Source: Octopus vulgaris (taxonomy: Eukaryota). From it: DNA of 64,000 bases. The position numbers and the translations under genes are program-made. A model generated the notes under the pieces. The model was not told where the DNA came from, did no database searches, and was given only the letters and a program-made list of their open reading frames with translations. Positions 27,001-40,241 of the stretch are shown here, one piece after another (position 1 is the first letter of the stretch; each line of letters opens with the position of its first letter). The DNA lies in contig OX597815.1 of assembly GCA_951406725.2 (NCBI GenBank), positions 168,826,001 to 168,890,000 on the forward strand, written 5' to 3'.

Positions 27001-28620
27001 CAATGGACACTGACAGGAACAAAAAGAAAACATAAAGTCATCACTTTGGAAACGAAGTATGAAATTGTCAAAATGTATGATGGCAGTACAACTGTGAAAA
27101 ACATTTGTGACAAATTTTCACTTAACTCATCAACTGTCTGCCCGATTCTCAAAGAAGAACAAAAATATTGATCTCAAGTGAGAAATGTGCAGCCTTTGCA
27201 ATCAACCTGGGCTTGTAAAAGAGATGCTGGAAGCATTATTCCGGAAATGGAAAAACTGTTAAATGCATGGATAAGTAACAAAACACAATGCATGTATATG
27301 AATGTTAATCAAGTGTTGATTTGTAGCAAAGAATTGTCTCTTTTCAGTATGCTTGAAGAAAAGTAAGGTGACACAAATGAAAATTTTGTTGTAAGCAGAA
27401 AATGGTTTGATTGATTTAAAAATTGACATGAGTGGCATTTCATTGAAGTGCAAGGAGAAGCATCAAACGCAGATGCTGATGCAGCAGAAAAATTTCCAGA
27501 AACATTGACAGAAATAATTAAAGAAGAGGGTTACATGCCACAACTGATTTTTAATGTCAATGAAACAGGACTTTCCTGGAAATGTATGCCATCCAGTAAT
27601 TACATTGCTAAGGAAGAATCTGCACTGCCTGGTTTTAAAGTTGCAAAAGATTGACTGACATAATTATTTGGAGGAAATGCACCTAGGGATTTAAAATTAA
27701 AAGCAATCCTAGTTTATCAAGTGGAAAAAGCAATCCTAGTTTATCAAGTGGAAAATCTGGGGGCACTTAAAAACATTTTAAAAAGTACCCTTCCAGTCAT
27801 ATGGAAATCGAATAAAAAAGCTTGGGTTACAGAAATATTATTTGAAGAATGCTTTTAGTATCACTTTGTGCCAAAAGTTAAGAGATATTGTGATAAGAAT
27901 GAACTTCCATTTCATGTAATGTTGCTTATCGACAATGCACCTAGCCACCCTCCAATTCTGCAACATCTCCATCCTAATATCAAAGTTACTTTTTTGCCTC
28001 CAAATATGACATCACTTTTGCAACCAATGGACCAGGGTGCTATTGCAACTTTTAAAGCCTATTATTTAATACTGAATGAAGAAACAGACAAAGAAGGGGA
28101 ACCAACTGTAATGGAATTCTGGAAAAATCACAATTATACCACAGTAAAAATCATAGGAAAAGTATGAGATAATATTCCTCAAAAGAATTTGATAGGCACT
28201 TGGAAAAAAAATTTGCCCTTAATTTCTTAATGGTTTTGAGGGTTTTGAACCATTACAAGAAAAAGTACAAAAAGAAACAGAAATTGTAAACCTGGCAAAT
28301 GAATTGAATTTCAACGTGTTGACGAGTGACATAGATGAGCTGCTTCAATCATATGGTGACAAACTCACTAATGAAGAGCTTACTGCAATGCAAGAGCAGG
28401 CAACAATAGAAGAGGAAAAGAACACTGCCAATGAAATGCCAGTCGGTGCATTCATGTTGAAAGGGCTCACAGAAGCATTTCAACATTTGGATAAAGCCGC
28501 GGAAATTTTTCAAGCACAAGATCCAAATTTTGAACAAAGTGCAAAAATTTCTACTGCTATAACAAATGCTTCTGCATGTTACCGAGAAATTTATAGAGAG
28601 CAAGAAAGCTTCTTCTAAGC
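27001..28620 (+). pseudogene. Decayed pogo/Tigger (CENP-B-like) transposase
   Basis: Contains KRKHKVITLETKYEIV (HTH), EMEKLLNAWI, QGEASNAD, IFNVNETGLSWKCMP, LLIDNAPSHP and FLPPNMTSLLQPMDQGAIATFKAYY. It has several in-frame stops and a 26-bp tandem duplication near 27701-27755. Confidence 0.9.
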
Positions 28621-28856
28621 AAGCAACTCCAGACTTGCTTTTTAAAAAGAAATCTACAAGTCCATCAACTAGTGCTAGTAAATCAGTAATCACGTCTACA
28701 AATGATGTTATGTGTGAGTTTAGTGTGAGTGAAAGTGATTCTGAAAGCAATTATGATATTAATATTTTTTATGGTAAACAATCTTGACACTCTTTTTATT
28801 TTACATAAAATATTCTTTACATTCTACTGTTGTTTTATTGCCATTGTTTATGAGTA

Positions 28857-29357
28857 CAGTAATGCCTCGATATATGAGTTAATTCATTCCCTGAGAACAC
28901 TCATAAAGTGAAAACTCATAGACAGAAAATAAAACTCATAAAAACTCGTAAACCCGGGGTTTCATAAAGCAGGACCTTGTAAAGTGAGTTATTGCTGTAT
29001 TATAAATATCTCCCCTGGCACCTGTGCCAGTGGCACATAAAAAGCACCCACTACACTCACGGAGTGGTTGGCGTTAGGAAGGGCATCCAGCTGTAGAAAC
29101 ACTGCCAGATCAGACTGGAGCCTGGTGCATCCTCCTGGCTTCCCAGACCCCGGTCAAACCATCCAGCCCATGCTAGCATGGAAAACGGACGTGGTGGCGG
29201 CGGCGGTGATGATGATGATGATGGGTAAAATATTATTCTGGGAACAAATTACAATTGATAATAATGCTATTATGGGAAATTATTGCTCTGCTTTATGAGT
29301 TTTACCTTTACGAGTGGTCTCCGGGAATGAATTAACTCGTATATCAAAACATTACTG
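28857..29357. mobile_element. Tigger-like MITE with a nested RTE 3' fragment (about 29015-29225)
   Basis: About 35-bp TIRs (CAGTAATGCCTCGATATATGAGTTAATTCATTCCC / GGGAATGAATTAACTCGTATATCAAAACATTACTG), with TA on the left flank. Confidence 0.7.
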
Positions 29358-29379
29358 CATATGCAAGTGAGTTATGGAG

Positions 29380-29765
29380 TACTATGAAGAGAGACTGTTT
29401 GGCTGTCATGCAAAGAATCATAGAAAGATCCATGCTAGGAATATCCTTATGAAAGCATATTCAAAATGAGACAATTCAAGAATGGAGTGGCATGAACAAT
29501 GTGATTAAACAATATTGAAAGCACAAGTTTCACTGGGCTGGACATGTTGCAAGGGTCACAGACAACAGGTGGATCCATGAGAGTTGTCAAGTGGTATCCA
29601 AGAGATCAAAAAAGAGCTACTAAGAAGGCCTCCGTGATGAGAAGACAATTTAGTTAAGTGATTTGGGACAAGATGGAAAAGAACAGTACAATCAAGAAAG
29701 AACGGGAAGCACATTGAGGCCAGTTATGTATAACGATATCTGATAGTTTGGTTGATACAGTGATA
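29380..29765 (+). mobile_element. Degenerate 3' end of an RTE-type LINE
   Basis: Fragments read KFHWAGHVARVTDNRW and VVKWYPRDQK. Confidence 0.7.
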
Positions 29766-31363
29766 CATGTATGCTTACAAAGGGAAACCAAACTAGTTAA
29801 ATAAATCATTGCTTTATAGTAGACATGGATGAATAATAATCCTTCTTTTTATAGGTATAACCTTGAGGCCTATGCCAGGGGTGTAACCAGTTCACTTATG
29901 CGTGCCTTTCCTTCATTGGTCACTAAACTCTGCTTGCGAAGACCTGTCGAGGCAAGTGAAATTGAAACTGAAATCAAATTCGATGACTGGCATCTGTGCT
30001 AGTGGAGTGCTAAGAGTACCATACGAGTGAGATTGTTGCCAGAGCAACAAGCAGGCCTCCGTGCCGATGACACATTAAAAACACCATTCGAGCGTGATTG
30101 TTACCTGCGTCGCCTTACTAGCACTTGTGCTGGTGGCACATGAAAGAAAAACATTCAAGCGAGGTTGTTGCCAGTGCCGCTGGACTGGCTCCTGTGCAGG
30201 TGGCACATAAAAAGCACCATTTGAGTGTGGCCGTTGCCAGTACCGCCTGACTGGCCCTCATGCCGGTGCCACGTAAAAGCACCCACTACACTCTCGGAGT
30301 GGTTGGCATTAGGAAGGGCATCCAGCTGTAGAAACTCTGCCAGATCAGATAGGAATCTGGTTCGCCAGACCTCAGTCAAATCGCCTAACCCATGCTAGCA
30401 TGGAAAGCGGACGTTAAACGATGATGAGGATGATGATGATAAGGCCTGAAATTTTGTGGGAAAGGGAGCCTAGTCAATTACATTGATCCCCAGCACTCAA
30501 CTGGTACTTATTTCATCAACCCAGAAGGGATGAAAGACAAAGTTGATCTCAACAGAATTTAAACTCAGAACACAGTGACAAATGAAAGTCTGCTAAGTAT
30601 TTTGTCTCCTGTGCAAACAATTCTGCCAGAATACAAATTCCAACACAGGAAGAAGTAAATTACATGGAGGCTCTCACATTACATATTTCACCAAACTTTG
30701 CACTCACACACACATACACACGCAAATTCAGACACAGACAGACAGGCGCACACATACAGAAAGCAAGACATCATAAATTAATAGATATATGTGATGGCCT
30801 CTCACTTTATCAGGTCAACCACATATTCCCGCCAATAAAACAGCCACTAGTTGATCAGTGAACCTACTAGAAACAGCAGCCAAATTTCCTTCAAATCACA
30901 ATCACATTTAACATTAACAAAAAAGACATTAGATAATGTTAGTCCTAGATGTTTCTAAAATGATGGAATGGTCATGACTGGAATGCATTTGATAATTAGT
31001 GCACATGATCAGAGTTGACCTGGTGTTAAACAACAAATTCCATCAGTGGTTGGTTAAATAAAAAATTACAAAATACAGATAATTATCACAGTTACTAAAT
31101 GAAATGAGATGGCAGGCATCTCTTACTGCTCACCACCACCAACAACAACAAAACTCCTACTGCTGCTACTAGTGGTAGCAGAGGTAGTAGTAACAGTGGT
31201 GGTGGTGAAGGTGGTAATGGTGGTGGGGTGGTGAAAACAGTCAGTTTATTCATATGGGACAGAAATGCTTAAGAGAAGTCAATCAATAAAGTAACCGTCT
31301 GAAGAGAGAGATCTGAAGTAGTTAAGGCATGTTTGAACAGCAGGTATGAAGAATAAAGTTTGT

Positions 31364-31402
31364 CTAACAAGGGATGAAATATGGAATTTCAGTTATCCAA
31401 AC
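31364..31402 (-). CDS. Candidate terminal exon (VWITEIPYFIPC*), possibly of the minus-strand gene
   Basis: Acceptor TTGTTTTCAG, then a short open frame and a repeat-free UTR-like stretch. Linkage to the 58-63 kb exons is not shown. Confidence 0.25.
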   Translation of the reverse strand, partial: VWITEIPYFIPC

Positions 31403-32809
31403 CTGAAAACAATGGCAACTCTGTTTTCCATGAAATTTAGTTGAGAAAAAAAAAAGCTAAGAACTAATATAAATAAATAAATGAATAATATTAATTCTTT
31501 CTGCTACAGGCATCATCATCATCATCATCATCATCATCATTTAACGTCCGCTTTCCATGCTAGCATGGGTTGGACGATTTGACTGAGGTCTGGCGAACCA
31601 GACTCCAATCTGATCTGGCAGAGTTTCTACAGCTTGATGCCCTTCTTAATGCCAAGGTCTTACTAAGGACTGAAATTTGAGGGAGGCAACTAGTTGAATA
31701 CATCGACCCCCATCAGCCCCGAAAGGATGAAAGGCAAAGTCGACCTTGGTGGAATTTGAACTCAGAATGTAGTGACAGACAAAATACTGCTAAGCATTTC
31801 GCCTGGCGTGCTAACGTCTCTTATTTCTTTATTGCCCACAAGGGGCTAAACATAGAGGGGACAAACAAGGACAGACAAAGGGATTAAGTCAATCACATCG
31901 ACCCCAGTGTGTAACTGGTACTTAATTTATCGACCTCGGAAGGATGAAAGGCAAAGTCAACCTCGGTGAAATTTGAACTCAGAACGCAATGGCAGATGAA
32001 ATACCTATTTCTTTACTACCCACAAGGGGCTAAACACAGAGAGGACAAACAAGGACAGACAAACAGACTAAGTCGATTATATCGACCCCAGTGCGTAACT
32101 GGTACTTATTTAATCAACCCCGAAAGGATGAAAGGCAAAGTCAACCTCGGCAGAATTTGAACTCAGAACGTAGCGGCAGACGAAATACTGCTAAGCATTT
32201 TGCCTGGCATGTTAATGATTCTGCCAGCTCACCGCCTTGTTAGCTGGCACAATGCTAACGGTTCTGCCAGCTCTCTGCCTTAATGATGACAATGATTTCA
32301 AATTTTGGCACAAGAACAGAGAGGAAGTAAACCAGAGTGAAAACCAATAATGGCTTAAAAGTTCTAGGCTAAAAACAGAAACAAGTCTGATTTTAGCTGC
32401 ACAAGACTGAAACCAAGCCACAAATAACTATGAAAATGGTGGGAAAAGATTCTAGAAACAGACTTTGCAACCAGTAAGATAAAATTTTCAGCTACATTAT
32501 CTCTGGTAGCCCACTTCTTGCTAAGTCCTAGTATATTTTGTCTTTTATCTTCTAGCTGTTTCATTTGTGAGACTGTGGCCTAGCTGTGGCCAAGTCTTGA
32601 ACTTTAGCTGAATGAATCAACTCCAGTACATTTTTTTAAGCCTGGCAATTATTCTATTGGTTTCTTATGCTGAACCACTAAGTCACAGGGATATAAACAC
32701 ACCGACACCGGTTGTGAAGCAGTGGTAGGAGACACACACACACACATGCATATATAGCTTCAACCGATTGTGGCCATTTGCCAGCCTCCTCTGGCCCCTG
32801 TGCCAGTTC

Positions 32810-33365
32810 ACTGGCACGGATGCCTTTTACATGTCACCAACACAGGTGCCTCTTATGTGTCACCAGCATGGGTGCCTTTTACATGTCAGCAGTATCGGTG
32901 CCTTTTACATGTCAACAGCACAGGTGCCTTTTACGTGTCACCAACAAGGGTACCTTTTATGTGTCACCAGCACGGGTACCTTTTATGTGTCACCAGCACG
33001 GGTACCTTTTACATGTCACCAGCACGGGTGCCTTTACGTGTCACCAGCATGAGTGCCTTTTACGTGTCACCAGCACGGGTACCTTTTACGTGTCACCAGC
33101 ACAGGTACCTTTTACGTGTCACCAGCATGGGTACCTTTTACGTGTCACCAGCACGGGTACCTTTTACGTGTCACCAGCACGGGTACCTTTCACGTGTCAC
33201 CAGCACGGGTACCTTTCACGTGTCATCAGCACGGGTACCTTTTACATGTCACCAGCAGGAGTGCCTTTTAAATGTCACCAGCATGGGTACCTTTTACGTG
33301 TCACCAGCACAGCTGCCTTTTACATGTCACCAGCACGGATGCCTCTTATGTGTCATCAGCACTGG
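32810..33365. repeat. Minisatellite with a ~26-bp unit (GGGTACCTTTTACGTGTCACCAGCAC), about 21 copies
   Basis: Directly visible tandem array. It explains the overlapping repetitive ORFs at 32768-33457. Confidence 0.9.
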
Positions 33366-34334
33366 TCACAACTATGATTCCACTTAGCTTAACATGTCTT
33401 CTCATGTACAGCAAAACACCAAAAGTCTTACAAAGCTACAGGATAATGCATGATTAATTCAAAACATTGTGAATAAATAAGCATTACATTTGACTAATAT
33501 GAATGCTAAAGAGTTAAATGATAGAGGTTAATAGCATAACTCAAAACAGTTTTCTTATTTCTTTATTGCCCACAAGGGGCTAAACATAGAGGGGACAAAC
33601 AAGGACAGACAAAGGGATTAAGTCGATTACATTGACCCCAGTGCATAACTGATACTTAATTTATCGGCCCCGAAAGGATGAAAGGCAAAGTCGACCCCAG
33701 CGGAATTTGAACTCAGAACGTATCGGCAGACGAAATACCACTAAGCATTTCACCTGGTGTGCTAACATTTCTGCGGGCTCGCCACCTTATCTCAAAACAG
33801 TTTTCTCTCTGCATAAAACATATACACCATACAGTCACTACCCAAGAAAATAACACAATTCACACCCAAGCAACACATATATTCAGAACTGCTACCAAAC
33901 AATATAACACAGCACAAACTCTTACATAACCAATGCTGAACACCAACAACTCACACTCCATCATCATAGCTGCAGCCTATGAATGTTACACAAACCACAC
34001 ACCACATTCTCTACAGTAAAACTCATAACTCTATTTACACAGTACATACAAAACACAAATACCATCCAAAGAAATAACACAATTCACATTGCAAGCTACT
34101 CTCTTTAACAACGGATAAAACACTAAAATAACACGACAAATTACAAACCAAATCTCATAACAAAACAAAACTGTTGTAGTATACAAACACAGACAGAGTT
34201 ACATTCTCAGGAAACAATGGTGCTCCCAAGACTTCAAATAAACGATAATGATAATAATAATAATAATAATAAGCCCACTGACATCTTTGATTGAGACTTG
34301 GGTATGAATTAAAGCATAACCAACAACAACAACA

Positions 34335-34948
34335 ATAAATAGAGGACGAAAATGTAACTATTCTTTGAGACTTCCCAGTATGTACAGACTGGACCATCAA
34401 GGCAAATAAACCAGATGTTGTTGTGAAAGACAAAAGCAATAAAGTCTGTTTATTGATTGACACGAGCATACTCTGTGACCATAATATCTCAGCAAAACAA
34501 TTTGATAAGCTCAGAAGATATAAAGATTTGCTAATCGAAATCAAAAAGATGTGGCATCTCAAGATGGTTACAATACCAGTGATTGTAGGAGCCCTTGGAA
34601 CGATCAAAAAAGGAACTGAAAATTATTTAACCCTTTTGTTACCATATTTCTGTCGAGATGCTCTATCTTTTTTCCAATTAATTTTAAATAAAACAAAGAA
34701 TTTAGTAAAATAACTTAGTTATCAATAAGCTTGTGTTAGGAACATAAATTGTGACTAAGGTTTAGTTGAAGACTTTAATTAAGAAATTTTGAAAACAAGA
34801 CATTTGTATCACAGAGCCAGAGGCGGTTTCAGCCGGGTTGGTATCAAAAGGGTTAAGAAGGATCCCTAGCTTATCATCCATACAGGAAGTGCAAAAGATT
34901 GTCTTAACTGGTACGTCACACACACTAAGAAGAAAATTGGCGCTGTGA
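34335..34948 (+). mobile_element. 3' end of an R4/Dong-like non-LTR retrotransposon (restriction-like endonuclease domain), interrupted by a MITE
   Basis: Reads IKANKPDVVVKDK...CLLID...KLRRYKDL...KMWHLKMVTIPVIVGALG. After removing the MITE the frame continues NYLRRIPSLSSIQEVQKIVLTGTSHTLRRKLAL*. Confidence 0.85.
34631..34852. mobile_element. TTAA-target (piggyBac-like) MITE. Other copies at 4793-5015, 59369-59590 and about 43651-44276 (with a nested SINE)
   Basis: TIRs CCCTTTTGTTACCA / TGGTATCAAAAGGG, flanked by TTAA at 34627-34630 and 34853-34856. Confidence 0.85.
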
Positions 34949-35424
34949 ATTTTCTTTCCTTCCCCACCCCTTTATTTTATTTGTTTATTTTTCTATTTTC
35001 TATTCTTTTCCTTTTTCTCTCAGGCTTCCCTTTTTTCTCCATCACATGACTTTGTAAATAAACAATTTGGTGTGTTTGTTTTAATGGCCTTCCAATGTAT
35101 ACAGTATGTTTCCCTGCCCTAGGTATCAGGAAGACACTTGGCAAGAAATGGAAACAAAATTGAAAGAAGATGCTAAGGAAAATGATGTTAATAATAATGG
35201 TTTCAAATTTTGCCACAAGGGCAACCATTTTGGGGAAGCGGATGAGTCAGTTACATCGATCCCAATGTTTCACTGGTACTTAATTTATTGACCACAAAAG
35301 TATGAAAGGCAAAGTCAACCTTGGCAGAATTTGAACCCAGAATGTACTGGCAGATGAAATACCACTAAGCATTTCACCCAGCATGCTAACAATTCAGCCA
35401 GCTCGCCGCCTTCTTAATAACAAC

Positions 35425-35468
<44 letters not shown>

Positions 35469-37379
35469 TAATCATCATCATCATCATCATCATCATTTAG
35501 CGTCCGTTTTCCATGCTAGCATGGGTTGGACGGTTCAACTGGGGTCTGGGGAGCCCGAAGGCTGCACCAGGCCAGTCAGATCTGGCAGTGTTTCTACAGC
35601 TGGATGCCCTTCCTAACGCCAACCACTCCGAGAGTGTAGTGGGTGATTTTATGTGCCACCGACACAGGTGCCAGACGAGGCTGGCGAACGGCCACGCTCG
35701 GATGGTGTTTTTATGTGCCACCGACACAGGTGCCAGACGAGGCTGGCAGACGGCCACGCTCGGATGGTGTTTTTATGTGCCACCGACACAGGTGCCAGAT
35801 GAGGCTGGCAGGTGCCAGACGAGGCTGGCAGACGGCCACGCTCGGATGGTGTTTTTATGTGCCACCGACACAGGTGCTAGATGAGGCTGGCGGACGGCCA
35901 CGATCGGATGGTGTTTGTTACGTCCCCAAAGCACGGAGGCCAGTCTATGCGGTACTGGCTACGGCCACGTTCGGATGATTTTCTTGTGTGCCACCGGCAC
36001 TGGTACCACAAAGATACAAATTCCATTTATGTTCATCTATTTTGATTTGTTTTGATTTGATTTGATTTTCACTTGCCTCAACAGGTCTTCACAAGTGTCA
36101 CAAGAAGGAAGGTATGCACAGGTGGACTGTCTACGTCGCCGGGTCTTCGGATGGTGTCTTTATGTGCCACCGACACAGGTGCCAGATGTGGCTGGCGAAC
36201 GGCCACGATCGGATGGTTTTCTTGTGTGCCACCGGTACTGGAACCACAAAGATACAAATTCCATAGATTGTTTCAAATTTTGGCACAAGGTCAGCAATTT
36301 CAAGGAAGGGGCTAAATCAATTACATCGATCCTAGTGTTCAGCTGGTCCTTACTTTATCAACCCCGAAAAGAAGAAAGGCAAAGTTGACTTTGGTGGAAT
36401 TTGAACTCAAAAATGTGAAGACAGATGAAATGACACTAAGCATTTTCCCTGGTGTGCTAACAACTCTGCCAGCTCGCTGCCTTAAACAGAATAAAATAAC
36501 AGCATAAATATATATTAATATATACTGAAATAATAAGGCAGTAAGCTTGGCAGACTCATTAGCATAATAGGCAAAAAGCTTAGCAGCATTTCATCTGCCT
36601 TTACATTCTGACTTCAAATTCTGTTGAGGCCCACCTTGCCTTTCAACTATTCAGGGTTTATATAAGTACCAGCTGAGCACTATGGTCAATGTAATTCCCC
36701 TCCCCGAAAATTGTCGGCCTTGTGTCAAAATTTGAAACTGTTATACTTACATAATATGAATGATGAACTGAGAGAGAAAGGAAGATTAAGAGAAAAAAAA
36801 CTAGGCACTGAGTGAGATTGAGAAAGAATAATTTTATGAGATAAAGTAATAAAACAATATTTATACCATCGTGGGATTTGATTTGATTTCATTTTTATTT
36901 TACTTGTTCATATGCATATCTGATAGACATCATAAGTTAGTTATTTGCTTAAATGTTAGGAAATTAATGACAGGATTTTTCTCATGCCTTACGTCTATAA
37001 CTAAGAATAATCATTTTTATATGTGATTGTGTTGAGGAATAGCCTACATTCAGATGAAATTACAAATGCAAAAGGACATTTATTTAAATCATCAAACACA
37101 CAAAATATATAAATAGGCACAAGTATACTAATATATTATCAAATCTTTTATCTTTTATCTGTTTCAGTCATTAGACTGCGGCCATGCTGGGGCAGCACCT
37201 TGAAGAACTTTCAGTCAAATGAATTGATCCCAGTAATATATTTTTCTGGGGATTTTTAAGCCTAGTACTTATTCTATCGGTATCTTTTTGCCAAAATGCT
37301 AAGCAATGGGGACATAAACAAACCAACACCAGTTGTCAAGTGGAGGAGGACAAAACAAACACAAAAACACAGACAATAC

Positions 37380-37439
<60 letters not shown>

Positions 37440-37442
<3 letters not shown>

Positions 37443-37847
37443 GCAGGAGTGGCTGTGTGGTAAGTAGCTTGTTTACCAACCACATGGTTCCGGGTTCAGT
37501 CCCACTGCGTGGCACCTTGGGCAAGTGTCTTCTACTATAGCCTCGGGCCGACCAAAGCCTTGTGAGTGGATTTGGTAGACAGAAACTGAAAGAAGCCCGT
37601 CGTATATATGTACATATATATATACGTGTGTGTGTTTGTGTGTCTGTGTTTGTCCCCCATAAATTGCACAACCGATGCTGGTGTGTTTATGTCCCCGTTA
37701 CTTAGCGGTTCGGCAAAAGAGACCGATAGAATAAGTACTGGGCTTACAAAAGAATAAGTCCCAGGGTCGAGTTGCTTGATTAAAGGCGGTGCTCCAGCAT
37801 GGCCGCAGTCAAATGACTAAAACAAGTAAAAGAGTAAAAGAGAGAGT
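37440..37847 (+). mobile_element. tRNA-derived SINE family A. Copies at about 1384-1765(-), 4067-4480(-), 23215-23630(+), 25497-25880(+), 43738-44140(+), 57688-58080(+) and 60940-61385(+), plus many partial copies
   Basis: Pol III A/B-box head TGGCTGTGTGG...GGTTCAGTCCC, an internal (TA)n/(TG)n tract and tail GACTGAAACAAGTAAAAGAG. The copies are near-identical. Confidence 0.9.
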
Positions 37848-37854
37848 ATATATA

Positions 37855-38237
37855 TCTTATATATATAAAAGAGAGTTGTAATCTCCGTATTTTTCTACAT
37901 AGATAACAAAGAAAAACTGAAAAAGCTACAAATTAAGACATTGTGGTGGGGATAGAGGGAAATTAAAATTTTGAAAACATGATTTCTGGACGAAATCGTA
38001 TTAACTTCTTTTATACGATGAAACAATACATAGTTTCTGATCCTTCTTAAGAAAAAAAGCAGTTTCATGCAAACCCATGCAAATTATACCCTCATCCTTC
38101 ACTATTAAACAAAAAATAACTTCTATTATTCCATTAACTATATATCAGCTGTGCCAATTCTGCCCATAAGAAAGGACCAAATAATTCAATGAGCTTGTAG
38201 GTCATAATACCTGGGCAACGCCGGGATGCATTTCTAG
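37855..38237 (+). mobile_element. Non-autonomous Helitron
   Basis: A|TCTTATATATATAAAA start. The 3' end has a CCTGGGCAACGCCGGG hairpin, then CTAG|T. Confidence 0.65.
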
Positions 38238-39114
38238 TGTGTGTGTATAACTACGTTGGGCTTCTTTCACTCTCTGTCTACCACATCTATTCTCAAGGCT
38301 TTGGTCAGCTGGAGGCTTATAGTAGAAGACACTTGCCCAAGGTGCCATGCAGTGGGACCGAACCCAGAACCATGTAGTTGCAAAGCAAACTTCTTAACAC
38401 ACAGCCTACATATACAAATAATGTAATGCAGGGGAATAATTGCTACTGTTAGTAAAAACATTTACAATAACAAGTTAAAAATCAAAATTGCATTTTCTTT
38501 GCTGGTTTAGTTACGATTAAATCGAACAGATGAATCATCAAACTGATAAGACAGGCAAACAAACAACTGATAATCAGCTAGCTTACATGGTTTATTTGCT
38601 TATTGTGTAAATAATTTTCAGTTTAGATAAACTAGTTACTAATAAGAGAAAAAAAAAACTCTTACAAAGCATGGTAATATCATTTAGAGCATAAGAAAAA
38701 TTTGTGGATCGTTTTGAACTTTTCCCAATCACCAAAATCTTTTTCCTAGATTTTTTTTTTTAAATGTTCAACACTGATGTAGTTTTGCATGCTGATGATG
38801 AAAATCATATTTGTTTTCTCTAGAAATTATTAATAATAATAATAATAAGTTACAAGCCTTTAAAGTTATACAATCTTAAGCAATCAGAAGTCTCCTTCAC
38901 CAACATACAGGAAACAAAAAATTAAATCATCATCATTCTAACATCAATTTTTCAATGCTTGCATTGATTGAATGGAACTTGTTGAAATGGATTTCCTACA
39001 GCCTGAAGCCCTTCCTGTTACCAACCCTCACCTGTTTTCAAACTTATATATATTACACATAACAGATATACATATATATATTACACATACACACACAGAT
39101 ATATATATATATAT

Positions 39115-39422
39115 ATCACGTGATCACGTGACCGACCAGACCATCAGATGTTGTTACACATCGCTGGTCACAATGCGTTCGCATTGTTTTAGCCTTCGAA
39201 TGACGCCACCCCGCTGGCTAAGTGAGCAGGCCAACAGAAGAAAGAGTGGGAGAAAGAGTGGTGAAAGAGTACAGCAGGGATCACCACCCCCTGCCAGAGC
39301 CTCGTGGAGCTTTTTAGGTGTTTTCGCTCAATAAACACTCACAACGCCCGGTCTGGGAATCGAAACCGCGATCCTGCAACCGCGAGTCCGTTGCACTAAC
39401 CACTAGGCCATTGCGCCTCCAC
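39115..39422 (-). mobile_element. tRNA-derived SINE family C; related copies at about 6040-6390 and 45600-45878
   Basis: tRNA-like head TGGCCTAGTGGTTAG...GGTTTCGATTCC, followed by a body shared among the copies. Confidence 0.75.
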
Positions 39423-40205
39423 ATATATATATATATATACACACATATATATGTATATTACACATATACACACATATATATGTATATTACACATACACAC
39501 ACACATACACATATATATATATACACACACACATACACAGATATATACACAGTGCCATGTGACAGGACTGAACCCAAGTCCATATGGTTGGGAAGCAATC
39601 TCTTACTGCACAGATATGTCTGTGCTTATAAAATGAATATGAAGCAAATACAAGTCTCATAGAACTATAAAATATGGTTTCATACCACATCACATAGGTG
39701 CAGGCATGGCTGTGTGGTAAGATGTTTGCTTCCCAACCACATGGTTCTGTGTTCAGTCCCCTTACATGGTACTTTGGGCAACTGTTTTCTATTTTAGCTC
39801 CAGACCAACCAAAACCTTGTAAGTGGATCTGGTAGATGGAAACTGAAAGAAGCTTATTGTATACATATATATATATCATCATCATCATCATCATCATCGT
39901 TTAACATCCGCTTTCCATGCTAGCATGGGTCGGACGGTTCGACTGGGGTCTGGGAAGCCAGGAGGATGCACCAGGCCCAGTCTAATCTGGCAGTGTTTCT
40001 ACAGCTGGATGCCCTTCCTAACGCCAACCACTCCGTGAATGTAGTGGGTGCTTTTTACGTGCCAGGCGAGGCTGGCAACGGCCATGTTCGGATGGTTCTT
40101 TTACGTGCCACCGGCACTGGTATCACAACTACAATTTCCATTGATTTTTGAGTGATTTCGATTTCACTTGCGGTCAACAGGGCTTCACAAGCAGAGTTTT
40201 GTGTC

Positions 40206-40241
<36 letters not shown>

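Noticed and set aside
32768-33457. CRISPR-like array or repetitive protein gene
   Set aside because: The units are contiguous with no unique spacers, and all three frames are open only because the unit lacks stops. The context is eukaryotic LINE sequence.
37440-37515. tRNA genes at SINE heads (also about 39345-39422 and 10283-10350)
   Set aside because: A/B boxes are present, but there is no complete cloverleaf or terminator, and the first two continue into a SINE body.
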